From: Candidatus Nomurabacteria bacterium
GTDB lineage: Bacteria; Patescibacteriota; Minisyncoccia; Phycocordibacterales; UBA9973
DNA length: 64,000 bases
NCBI GenBank assembly: GCA_026395955.1
Contig: JAPLXR010000006.1
Span: 87,259-151,258 of the forward strand
Reading direction: 5' to 3'
In this document: in pieces, positions 48,795 to 57,920 of the stretch
Numbering within the stretch: the first letter of the stretch is position 1
Layout: the number at the start of each line of letters is the position of its first letter
Position numbers and translations under genes: made by a program
Notes under the pieces: generated by a model
What the model was told of the DNA's origin: nothing
Seen by the model: the letters and a program-made list of their open reading frames with translations, nothing else
Database searches by the model: none

Positions 48795-48959
48795 ATGTCA
48801 AACGATAGACTTTTTAGATTAAAATGCAGTACTTGCAAGAATGCCAATTATTACAGTACTAAAAACAAGAAACTCGTCACCAAAAAGATCGAGCTTTTAA
48901 AGTATTGCAAGACTTGTCAAAAGAAAACTAAACACAAAGAAGCAAAAATTACTGGATAA
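48795..48959 (+). CDS. rpmG: 50S ribosomal protein L33
   Basis: 54 aa MSNDRLFRLKCSTCKNANYYSTKNKKLVTKKIELLKYCKTCQKKTKHKEAKI, with the L33 zinc-ribbon CxxC...CxxC pattern. Not in the ORF track because it is under 60 aa. Confidence 0.85.
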   Translation: MSNDRLFRLKCSTCKNANYYSTKNKKLVTKKIELLKYCKTCQKKTKHKEAKITG

Positions 48960-48972
48960 ATATACAAATACT

Positions 48973-48998
48973 ACCGCCTTCGGGCGGTTTTATTTTTA
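48973..48998 (+). terminator. rho-independent terminator after rpmG
   Basis: accgcc-ttcg-ggcggt followed by a T-rich run. Confidence 0.7.
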
Positions 48999-49151
48999 AT
49001 TTTTTATTCTTATGCTACAATGGACGGAGCAGTACATGTGTACTGCTTGTTCTTTATTATATAGGTCAATCCGTAATGGGTTAGACCTTAGGGGGTACTT
49101 AAATTATTATTTTTTGTTTACCCCTGCTCCTCCGAATTTTTCGGAGGACGT

Positions 49152-49222
49152 GGGCGATTAGTTTAGTGGTAGAACGAAGGTCTCCAAAACCTTTGGTGGG
49201 GGTTCGATTCCCTCATCGCCCG
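49152..49222 (+). tRNA. tRNA-Trp (anticodon CCA)
   Basis: gggcgat...ctCCAaa...ggttcgattcc...atcgccc-g. rpmG followed by tRNA-Trp is a common conserved arrangement. Confidence 0.75.
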
Positions 49223-49290
49223 CAGTTAGTTTTATATTGAAAAATAAATTTATTTATGATAAAGTCTAATAGTTAGTCAGTTTTGTATTT

Positions 49291-49366
49291 GTCGGCGTAG
49301 CTCAGTTGGTAGAGCATAGCACTCATAAAGCTAAGGTCACAGGTTCAATCCCTGTCGCCGACACCA
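49291..49366 (+). tRNA. tRNA-Met or Ile2 (anticodon CAT), elongator type, CCA encoded
   Basis: gtcggcg...agctcagttggtagagc...ctCATaa...ggttcaatcc...cgccgac-a-cca. No initiator features. Confidence 0.7.
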
Positions 49367-49384
49367 TCCGGCTCGCCGGAAATT

Positions 49385-49477
49385 AGTGTTTTATAAAAGA
49401 ATAGTTTATAGTTTTACATACGCGATCGTAGCTCAACTCAAATTAGAATATAGTGAGCACTCGCCTAGGCGGACGAT
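49385..49477 (+). repeat. decayed tandem copy of the tRNA-Asp leader plus 5' half: 54-nt exact direct repeat (49385-49438 = 49478-49531), followed by a degenerate anticodon-arm-like palindrome; no T-arm
   Basis: agtgttttataaaagaatagtttatagttttacatacgcgatcgtagctcaact appears twice. The 91-aa track ORF over this region is just a translation of the repeat. Confidence 0.65.
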
Positions 49478-49514
49478 AGTGTTTTATAAAAGAATAGTTT
49501 ATAGTTTTACATAC

Positions 49515-49588
49515 GCGATCGTAGCTCAACTGGTTAGAGCACCCGCCTGTCACGCGGGAGGTTGCCGGTTCAAATCCGGTCGATCGCG
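49515..49588 (+). tRNA. tRNA-Asp (anticodon GTC)
   Basis: gcgatcg...agctcaactggttagagc...ctGTCac...ggttcaaatcc...cgatcgc-g. Confidence 0.75.
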
Positions 49589-49590
49589 CA

Positions 49591-49630
49591 AAATAAAAAT
49601 AGCTTGGCTTTGGCCAGGCTATTTTTATTG
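49591..49630 (+). terminator. rho-independent terminator after the tRNA cluster
   Basis: tagcttggc-tttg-gccaggcta flanked by A- and T-rich runs. Confidence 0.6.
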
Positions 49631-49714
49631 TTTGACTTATCTACCTAGTTTGCTAAGCTAAGGCTAGTAATGTACTTTGAAAAAAGTAATAAATAAACTC
49701 TTAAATTAATAGGT

Positions 49715-51097
49715 ATGTCAGTAAGAACTAAAAAGCAAAAAACATTTGTCTTAGACACAAATGTCATTCTTCGTGATTTTAAAAGCATCTTTAGCTTTAA
49801 AGAGCACGATATTGTTATTCACATTGCAGTAATTAAAGAATTAGAAAACTTTAAAAAGGGTAATGAAATGAAAAATGTAAATGCTAGAGAGTTTGCACGT
49901 TTTGCGAGCAAGCTTCCAGCAAAAGCATTCGACAAGGGTGCAATTCTTGGTAAGGGTTTGGGTAAAATAAGAATTGTTGTTCGTCAGGAATTTCATAAAG
50001 ATGTTGAAATTCTTTTTCCTGAAAAAACTGTCGATGACATTATCATTAATGCTGCTTATGTAGAAAACAAAGAAAAGAAAAATGCTAAAAGGGAAATAGT
50101 ATTAGTGTCTCAAGATATGTATATGTGCACTAAAGCGAAATCTTTAGGTATAAAAACTGAAGGTTACAAAACTGATTCTATTTCAGATGAAAGCATATTA
50201 ACAAAAGGTGTTCAAACTATTAAATTGAATGCTGAGCTTAGTACTATTCTTTTTTCTAAAGGCAAATTAGATTTTCTTACAGATCCTTTAATAAAAGGTA
50301 AAACTTTTTTTAAAAATGAGTTTCTTATATTGAAATTATCAAATAATAAGGAGGAATCTGGTACTCGTTTGGCTGTTTACAAAAAAGAAGAAGATAAAGA
50401 AGGAAAGGTTATTAAAAATGAAATTATCGCTTTTAATAAAAAAGAAGTAACTTCTTTTGGAATAGAACCAAAAAATTCAGAACAAGCTTTTGCTTTGTAT
50501 GCTTTGTTAGATCCAAGTGTTAAAATTGTTTCTATGAACGGAAAGGCTGGTTCTGGTAAAACATTTCTATCAATAGCTGCTGCTTTGGAAAAACATGAAG
50601 CTTATGATCATATTTTTTATACTCGACATGTTATTCCTGTTGGAGGTAAGGAAATAGGATTTTTGCCTGGTGATATATCCGATAAGGTAAATGTGTACAT
50701 GGAGGCATTGTATGATAATTTGGGTGTTATTAAAACAGTTTCAAAAAAACAAAATGCTATTAGTGTAATTGATAAATTGCAGAAAGATGAAAAAATAAAA
50801 ATTCAAGTGGTGAATTTTATGAGAGGTAGAACATTACCTAACAGATTTTTCATAATAGATGAAGCTCAAAATTTAACTCCTCAGGTTATAAAAACAATAA
50901 TTTCGAGAGCAGGTGAAGGTGCAAAATTTATTTTGATTGGAGATACTGATCAGATAGATGATCCTTATTTAGACAAGAAATCAAATGGTTTAAGTCATTT
51001 GATCGATAGATTTATGGGACAAGGCATTTATGCTCATATAAATTTTATAAAAGGAGAGCGTTCTGAGTTAGCAACTTTAGCTGGTAATCTATTGTAG
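49715..51097 (+). CDS. PhoH2-type protein: N-terminal PIN domain fused to a PhoH-like ATPase
   Basis: N-terminal FVLDTNVIL...(PIN acidic residues); C-terminal GKAGSGKTFLS Walker A and FIIDEAQN Walker B of PhoH. Confidence 0.85.
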   Translation: MSVRTKKQKTFVLDTNVILRDFKSIFSFKEHDIVIHIAVIKELENFKKGNEMKNVNAREFARFASKLPAKAFDKGAILGKGLGKIRIVVRQEFHKDVEILFPEKTVDDIIINAAYVENKEKKNAKREIVLVSQDMYMCTKAKSLGIKTEGYKTDSISDESILTKGVQTIKLNAELSTILFSKGKLDFLTDPLIKGKTFFKNEFLILKLSNNKEESGTRLAVYKKEEDKEGKVIKNEIIAFNKKEVTSFGIEPKNSEQAFALYALLDPSVKIVSMNGKAGSGKTFLSIAAALEKHEAYDHIFYTRHVIPVGGKEIGFLPGDISDKVNVYMEALYDNLGVIKTVSKKQNAISVIDKLQKDEKIKIQVVNFMRGRTLPNRFFIIDEAQNLTPQVIKTIISRAGEGAKFILIGDTDQIDDPYLDKKSNGLSHLIDRFMGQGIYAHINFIKGERSELATLAGNLL

Positions 51098-51104
51098 GTT
51101 AATC

Positions 51105-51146
51105 AACCCTAGATATACGTATGTATATCTAGGGTTTTATTTTTAT
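51105..51146 (+). terminator. rho-independent terminator (28-bp perfect palindrome ccctagatatacgtatgtatatctaggg plus a T-run)
   Basis: Seen directly in the sequence. Confidence 0.7.
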
Positions 51147-51219
51147 CTAATAAAAACTTGACTTATATATTATAATATAGTAGACTGTAATTTCGTTCAT
51201 TGAAATATAAATAATTTGT

Positions 51220-51260
51220 CACCAGAAGAAAGGATTTTTTGAATTTTTTCTTCTGGTGGC
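51220..51260. promoter_or_regulatory. 12-bp perfect inverted repeat caccagaagaaa-N15-tttcttctggtg upstream of ORF 51333; function unknown (operator or attenuator candidate)
   Basis: Perfect arms, no canonical T-run, about 70 bp upstream of the next start. Confidence 0.3.
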
Positions 51261-51332
51261 GAAACTGGCATGGCGTCTTTATTTGCTACATCAGAGTAAA
51301 AACAAAAAAAATTTTTAAAAAATTAAAAAAGT

Positions 51333-51980
51333 ATGGAAGAAGTATTAGAAAAAAAAGTAGTAACAAAAAAAGACGAAACAATGGCAAAAAGAACCCAAAA
51401 AGGCTTTTCTGTAATAAGAAAGGTTATTTTAAAACCTAAAGTAGCTCTCAGAGCTATCGCTTTAGGTAAAACAAAAAAAGAAGCAGAAAAAGCTTTGATA
51501 AGGAGTCACATGCACCTGTGTGATAAAAATCATGAGAAATTCAAAAAAAGTATTTCTTGCGAATTTAAAATCAAACTGCGTGTAGGTTTTGAAATTTGGA
51601 AAGATAGTAAACCGATGCTAAATATCGTTCCGGAAAAACTGTTTACATATTGTTTTAAAAAATCAAAAAATAGAACAAAAATAAATGGTTGGGATTACAT
51701 TAAAGAAGTAAAAAGTAAAAATCCTGCGGGCATAGAAATACAGGAAGTACTTTTCAGAAATCCTTCTTTGATTGATGATCGATTCAAGACTAATGGTGAA
51801 GAAAAGGTAATTTTCTTATTGTTTCTTGGAACAACGTTAAAATCCAGACTTAATAAATGGATTCCGGCATTGTATTGCCATAACAGTGAAGTAAAGAAAT
51901 ATATATTCGATATCGAAGAAGCATTTGATTCCGAAGCCATTGCTGTTTTGATTGAAAGTAAAACAAATTTCAAAAAGTAA
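51333..51980 (+). CDS. hypothetical K-rich protein (215 aa)
   Basis: ORF with its own terminator; no family recognised. Confidence 0.35.
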   Translation: MEEVLEKKVVTKKDETMAKRTQKGFSVIRKVILKPKVALRAIALGKTKKEAEKALIRSHMHLCDKNHEKFKKSISCEFKIKLRVGFEIWKDSKPMLNIVPEKLFTYCFKKSKNRTKINGWDYIKEVKSKNPAGIEIQEVLFRNPSLIDDRFKTNGEEKVIFLLFLGTTLKSRLNKWIPALYCHNSEVKKYIFDIEEAFDSEAIAVLIESKTNFKK

Positions 51981-51991
51981 TTTTTTGAAGT

Positions 51992-52019
51992 AAAGCCTCA
52001 CGAAAGTGAGGTTTTTTTA
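51992..52019 (+). terminator. rho-independent terminator
   Basis: aaagcctcac-gaaa-gtgaggttttttt. Confidence 0.75.
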
Positions 52020-52085
52020 TTGCCAAAATTTACTTGACTTGTCTGTATGTATTTAGTATAAATAACCAGGAAAAAAATTATTTAA

Positions 52086-53416
<1,331 letters not shown>

Positions 53417-53458
53417 AATGTGCCCTGCGATTATTATAATCGCAGGGCATTTTATTTT
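53417..53458 (+). terminator. rho-independent terminator after purA
   Basis: tgccctgcgatta-ttat-aatcgcagggca followed by a T-rich run. Confidence 0.75.
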
Positions 53459-53492
53459 GAAATTTTTTGTAAATAGGTTAGTATTTTCGTAT

Positions 53493-53564
53493 GCCGTTGT
53501 AGCTTAGTGGTAAAGCACGATATTGGTAATATCGAGACCGTGGGTCCAATTCCCACCAACGGCT
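53493..53564 (+). tRNA. tRNA-Thr (anticodon GGT)
   Basis: gccgttg...agcttagtggtaaagc...ttGGTaa...gggtccaattccc...caacggc-t. Confidence 0.75.
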
Positions 53565-53602
53565 CACTTTAAAATAAAATTTTATTTTGTTATACTGAAA
53601 AT

Positions 53603-54124
53603 ATGAATTACAATATACATCCGATTTTCGTGCATTTCCCAATAGCATTATTATTTATATATTCAATTATAAAAGTTCTTCCTGTTAAAAAATGGTTGCC
53701 GGATATTGCATGGGTTCAAATAGAAAGAGCTTTATTGTTTTTTGGTGTTGGTGGTGCTTTTCTTTCTTTAGGAACAGGGGATATGGGTGAGCATTTATAT
53801 AGATCAAAACGTCAATTAATAGAAATACATTCTACTTTTGCAGGTATAGCAACTTTTCTTTATGGAGCTCTTTTGTTTGGAGAAATTGTTTCTGTTTTAA
53901 ACAATTCTTATCAAAATATAATTTCAAAAATAAAATCTGAAAAAATAAAAGGTTTACTAATTAAATTGGAAGATGTTTTGTGTCATAAAAATTTTTCAAA
54001 AATATTAGCAATTTTAGGTTTTATTGCTATTTTTGTGACAGGTATTTTAGGTGGAGCTATTGTATATGGAACTACAGCTGATCCAATAGCTGGATTTATT
54101 TTAAATATTTTTGGTTTAAATTAA
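53603..54124 (+). CDS. hypothetical polytopic membrane protein (173 aa)
   Basis: ORF with 4-5 hydrophobic helices. Confidence 0.4.
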   Translation: MNYNIHPIFVHFPIALLFIYSIIKVLPVKKWLPDIAWVQIERALLFFGVGGAFLSLGTGDMGEHLYRSKRQLIEIHSTFAGIATFLYGALLFGEIVSVLNNSYQNIISKIKSEKIKGLLIKLEDVLCHKNFSKILAILGFIAIFVTGILGGAIVYGTTADPIAGFILNIFGLN

Positions 54125-54774
54125 TAAGTCACTCCAGGTATAACAAAAAATCCATAAAGCACTACAAAGAAATTTATTAGTGAATGACTAAGTATTATTA
54201 ATATTAAACTTGGATATTTCATATACATAATAGCGAATCCAAGCCCTCCTATAAATGCTAATGGAAGTCCGATGATTGTATTTGGAAATATAGAATGAAG
54301 GAACATAAAGATTAAAGCATTTATAGTTACTACTATCCAAGGTTTTGGTATAAGTTTACTTAAAGCAGGTATAAGGTATCCTCTGTATCCAACTTCTTGA
54401 AAAAGAGAAACTATGAAGAATCCATAAATAAAATGACTATGTGTCCACCATCTGGAAACTTCTTCTTGTCCTATTTTTTCTCCAAAGAAACTAACTAAAA
54501 CTATTGCTACTAAAGTAAATATGGTATAGGGAATAATATATTTTTTAATTCTATATTTACTAATACCGAGCATCAAGAAAGTCCATTTTTCAGCTGTGAG
54601 TACAACCATCAAAAGGCTGACGAGTATAACTAATAAATAGACTCTTTGAGATGGAGAAATAATTCCTAGATCAATAAATAATACTGGTAAAATAAAAACT
54701 ATTAGTATTTGGAATATCAATTCTCTTTTACTTGTTTTTATATTATCTACTATGTATTTGATTTGGTCGTTCAT
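54121..54774 (-). CDS. CPBP-family intramembrane metalloprotease (CAAX protease / Abi-like)
   Basis: SLFQEVGYRGY (EExxxR motif region), FMFLHSIF (FxxxH), LSHSLINF (HxxxN); polytopic. Confidence 0.65.
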   Translation of the reverse strand: MNDQIKYIVDNIKTSKRELIFQILIVFILPVLFIDLGIISPSQRVYLLVILVSLLMVVLTAEKWTFLMLGISKYRIKKYIIPYTIFTLVAIVLVSFFGEKIGQEEVSRWWTHSHFIYGFFIVSLFQEVGYRGYLIPALSKLIPKPWIVVTINALIFMFLHSIFPNTIIGLPLAFIGGLGFAIMYMKYPSLILIILSHSLINFFVVLYGFFVIPGVTY

Positions 54775-54800
54775 AATGATATATTAACATAATATAGTTA

Positions 54801-54871
54801 GCCGATATAGTTCAGTGGTAGAACACTGCTTTCGTAAAGCAGTAACGTGGGTCCGATTCCCGCTCTCGGCT
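54801..54871 (+). tRNA. tRNA-Thr (anticodon CGT)
   Basis: gccgata...agttcagtggtagaac...ttCGTaa...gggtccgattccc...tctcggc-t. Confidence 0.7.
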
Positions 54872-54892
54872 CTAAAATGATAGAATATTTAT

Positions 54893-55780
54893 ATGTTAGA
54901 AGATACAAATCAAATCGAAAATAAAATAAAAGAATTAGAAGAAAAAATGATTCTTCCAGATTTTTGGTCTGACAAATTGAATGCTCAAGCTACCTTAAAA
55001 GAACTTGCAGAATTGAAAGATAAAAAAGAAGGCCTCGGCAAGTATGATAAGGGTTCTGCAATTATAAGTATTTTTTCTGGAGCAGGTGGAGATGATGCAG
55101 AAGATTTTTCAAAAATTCTTTTTGAAATGTATATGAATTATGCAAAACATGCTAATTTTGATGTCTCATTTATTGATGAGCATCAAAATGATCATGGTGG
55201 ATATCGTAATGTTTCTTTTGAAATATCTGGGAAGGGTGCCTATGGAAAATTAAAAAATGAATCAGGTGTTCATCGCCTCGTAAGAATTTCACCTTTTAAT
55301 GCAAAAAAAATGCGTCACACTTCTTTTTCTCTCGTAGAAGTTTTACCAAAGTTTTCAAAAATGGATGAAAAAGATTTTTTTATTCCTGATTCAGATTTGA
55401 AAATAGAATTTTCTCGTGCAGGTGGTCCGGGTGGACAAAATGTAAACAAAAGAGAAACAGCAGTGAGGATAGTTCATGTTCCTACAGGATTATCAACGCA
55501 TGCAAATGGTGAACGAACTCAAGAAGCAAATCGTGAAAGGGCGATGAGTATCCTCCGTGCAAAGATTTTTAAAAAAGCAGAAGAAGAAAAGAAAACTTTT
55601 GAAGAAAGTATGAAGATTTCTAAAGGTACTGAAATAGAATGGGGAAGTCAGATTCGTTCATATGTCTTCCATCCATATAAAATGGTCAAAGACCATCGTA
55701 CAGGAGCAGAGACCTCAAACGTAGATGCAGTTTTAGAAGGTTATTTAGATTTATTTATAGAAGCTGAGAAGAATCTATAA
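54893..55780 (+). CDS. prfB: peptide chain release factor 2 (short N-terminal domain; no programmed +1 frameshift)
   Basis: SPF tripeptide (RISPFNA) and a GGQ motif (RAGGPGGQNVNK). Only 21 bp separate the upstream tRNA from the ATG, so there is no room for a frameshift leader. Confidence 0.85.
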   Translation: MLEDTNQIENKIKELEEKMILPDFWSDKLNAQATLKELAELKDKKEGLGKYDKGSAIISIFSGAGGDDAEDFSKILFEMYMNYAKHANFDVSFIDEHQNDHGGYRNVSFEISGKGAYGKLKNESGVHRLVRISPFNAKKMRHTSFSLVEVLPKFSKMDEKDFFIPDSDLKIEFSRAGGPGGQNVNKRETAVRIVHVPTGLSTHANGERTQEANRERAMSILRAKIFKKAEEEKKTFEESMKISKGTEIEWGSQIRSYVFHPYKMVKDHRTGAETSNVDAVLEGYLDLFIEAEKNL

Positions 55781-55846
55781 CCTTTACTTGTATATGTTTT
55801 AATGGTAGAGTAATAAAAATAAGTTTTACATTTAAAAATAAAGTAA

Positions 55847-56230
55847 ATGGAATCAAAATATAGTGATAATTCAATTATCATATCAGGAAAGTATAAATTT
55901 ACACTTGTTAAAAATCTTCCAGTAAAATATTTATTAAATATTTATAATTCAAACAATCGTAACGATAAACAATTGTTTGAATATGTAAAAGAAAATATTG
56001 ATAAAATTAAAGCTAGGTCGAGTGGTAAAAAAACTGTTGAAATAAAATGTGATAAGATCGCTTATGTTTCTCGAAAAGAAGCTAGATTTCATTTAAAAAG
56101 AATAAGAGAAACAGGAGAACAAGAACATAAAAAACCAATACGTTCATATGAGTGTGATAAATGCAGTGCTTGGCATTTAACGTCAATGCCGTATGAAGTT
56201 TGGAAAGAATTAGAAAAAACAAAACCATGA
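55847..56230 (+). CDS. hypothetical protein with a C-terminal CxxC zinc-ribbon-like tail (YECDKCSAWHLTS)
   Basis: ORF; cysteine pair plus a conserved-looking WHLTS motif; family not recognised. Confidence 0.4.
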   Translation: MESKYSDNSIIISGKYKFTLVKNLPVKYLLNIYNSNNRNDKQLFEYVKENIDKIKARSSGKKTVEIKCDKIAYVSRKEARFHLKRIRETGEQEHKKPIRSYECDKCSAWHLTSMPYEVWKELEKTKP

Positions 56231-56299
56231 TATGTAATGTATTATGGTTTTTTTATGCTTGTCTAATTTTTTTGTTTTCTGATATAATAGGATGTATAT

Positions 56300-56986
56300 T
56301 TGATTATGATTAATTTTAAGAAAGTTTCAAAAGTATATAGTAAGGATTCTGTGGCACTACGCGATATTGATTTAATCATCTCATCCGGAGAATTTCTGTC
56401 TGTAGTTGGTCATTCTGGTGCTGGTAAATCTACTTTAATAAAAATGATTCTCGCCGATGAACATCCTACAGAAGGTGCTGTATTTTTTGAATCTGTAGAT
56501 ATTCATAAATTAGGAAATAAAGATTTAACCAATCTTCGCAGAAGAATAGGCGCAGTATTTCAGGATTTTCGTCTTTTATCAAACAAAACTGCTTATGAGA
56601 ATATAGCTTTTGCTATGGAAGCTGCTGGAAAAACAGACGAAGAAATAGCAAGTGATGTTCCTCATGTATTAGAGCTTGTTGATTTGGCTAATAAATTGGA
56701 CCATTTTCCTCACCAAATGTCTGGTGGAGAAAAACAACGTCTTGCTATCGCTCGTGCGATCATAAATCAACCAGAATTAATAATTGCCGATGAGCCGACA
56801 GGTAATTTAGACCCAGTAAATGCTTTTGAAGTTATTCAAATTCTAAAAAAGATCAATGATTTGGGAACTACTGTAATATTAACCACTCACAACAGAGGTG
56901 TGATAGAATCTATAGGTAAACGTGTAGTGACCATGGAAAAAGGTAAAATTATTAGAGATGATAAAGATGGTAAATACATAATATAA
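56300..56986 (+). CDS. ftsE: cell division ATP-binding protein FtsE
   Basis: GHSGAGKSTL Walker A, LSGGEKQR ABC signature, IIADEPTGNLD Walker B; followed by ftsX. Confidence 0.9.
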   Translation: MIMINFKKVSKVYSKDSVALRDIDLIISSGEFLSVVGHSGAGKSTLIKMILADEHPTEGAVFFESVDIHKLGNKDLTNLRRRIGAVFQDFRLLSNKTAYENIAFAMEAAGKTDEEIASDVPHVLELVDLANKLDHFPHQMSGGEKQRLAIARAIINQPELIIADEPTGNLDPVNAFEVIQILKKINDLGTTVILTTHNRGVIESIGKRVVTMEKGKIIRDDKDGKYII

Positions 56987-56990
56987 AGTT

Positions 56991-57908
56991 ATGACAGAAT
57001 TAAAAAGAATTATAAAAGCAGGGTTTGTAAATTTTTCTCGAAACGGGATTATTTCATGGTCTGCCGTTCTTGTTATCACTATCACTTTATCTGTTATAAC
57101 TTCACTTATATTTTTGCAAGCAGTTTTACACTCATCCCTCGATCAAATAAAAGATAAAGTTGATGTAACTGTTTATTTCACTACAGAAGCTCAAGAGTCA
57201 GACATAATGTCTCTAAAATCTAATATAGAAAAATTACCAGAAGTCGCAAGTACTATATATGTTTCTTCTGAAGAAGCATTGCAAACATTCCGTGATCGTC
57301 ATCAAAATGATTATCCTACTATCCAAGCCCTCGATGAAATTGGTTCAAATCCACTCGGTGGCTATTTAAATATTAAAGCAAAAGAAGTTAATCAATATGA
57401 AAGTATTGCAAATTTTTTGAAAGGTGATGATGCATTGGTTTCTGGTTCTACTTCTATCGTAGATAAAGTAAACTATAATCAAAATAAATTAGTTATAGAT
57501 AGACTCAGTTCTATTATCGGTGGTGCAGAGAAACTCGGTTTTATTATTACTTTAGTTTTAAGTTTAATTTCTTTGATCATTGCTTATAACACTATTCGTC
57601 TAGCTATATTTATGTCTCGTGAAGAAATATCTGTTATGCGTTTAGTCGGAGCAAGTAAATTCCGTATTCGTGGTCCATTTATGATAGAAGGTTTGATATA
57701 TGGTTTTATTGCTACTGTCCTAACAATGCTTATTTTCTGGCCGACAACTGTGTATTTTGGTAATAATATGTCTTCATTTTTAGGTATGAATATACATGAA
57801 TACTTCACATCCAATTTCTTTCAAATTTTCATTATCGTTTTATTATCAGGAATTCTGCTAGGGATGATCTCATCTTTTTTTGCAGTACGTAAGTATTTAA
57901 ATAAATAA
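56991..57908 (+). CDS. ftsX: cell division permease-like protein FtsX
   Basis: One N-terminal TM, an extracellular domain, three C-terminal TM helices; conserved position after ftsE. Confidence 0.8.
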   Translation: MTELKRIIKAGFVNFSRNGIISWSAVLVITITLSVITSLIFLQAVLHSSLDQIKDKVDVTVYFTTEAQESDIMSLKSNIEKLPEVASTIYVSSEEALQTFRDRHQNDYPTIQALDEIGSNPLGGYLNIKAKEVNQYESIANFLKGDDALVSGSTSIVDKVNYNQNKLVIDRLSSIIGGAEKLGFIITLVLSLISLIIAYNTIRLAIFMSREEISVMRLVGASKFRIRGPFMIEGLIYGFIATVLTMLIFWPTTVYFGNNMSSFLGMNIHEYFTSNFFQIFIIVLLSGILLGMISSFFAVRKYLNK

Positions 57909-57920
57909 TTTTATAAAAAA

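Noticed and set aside
49386-49661. 91-aa plus-strand ORF with an internally repeated peptide
   Set aside because: It is a translation of the duplicated tRNA-Asp leader/5' half and the tRNA itself.
54872-54960. Programmed +1 frameshift site for prfB
   Set aside because: Only 21 bp lie between the upstream tRNA and the ATG, and no CUU-UGA-C context was found. This RF2 appears to be encoded in a single frame.
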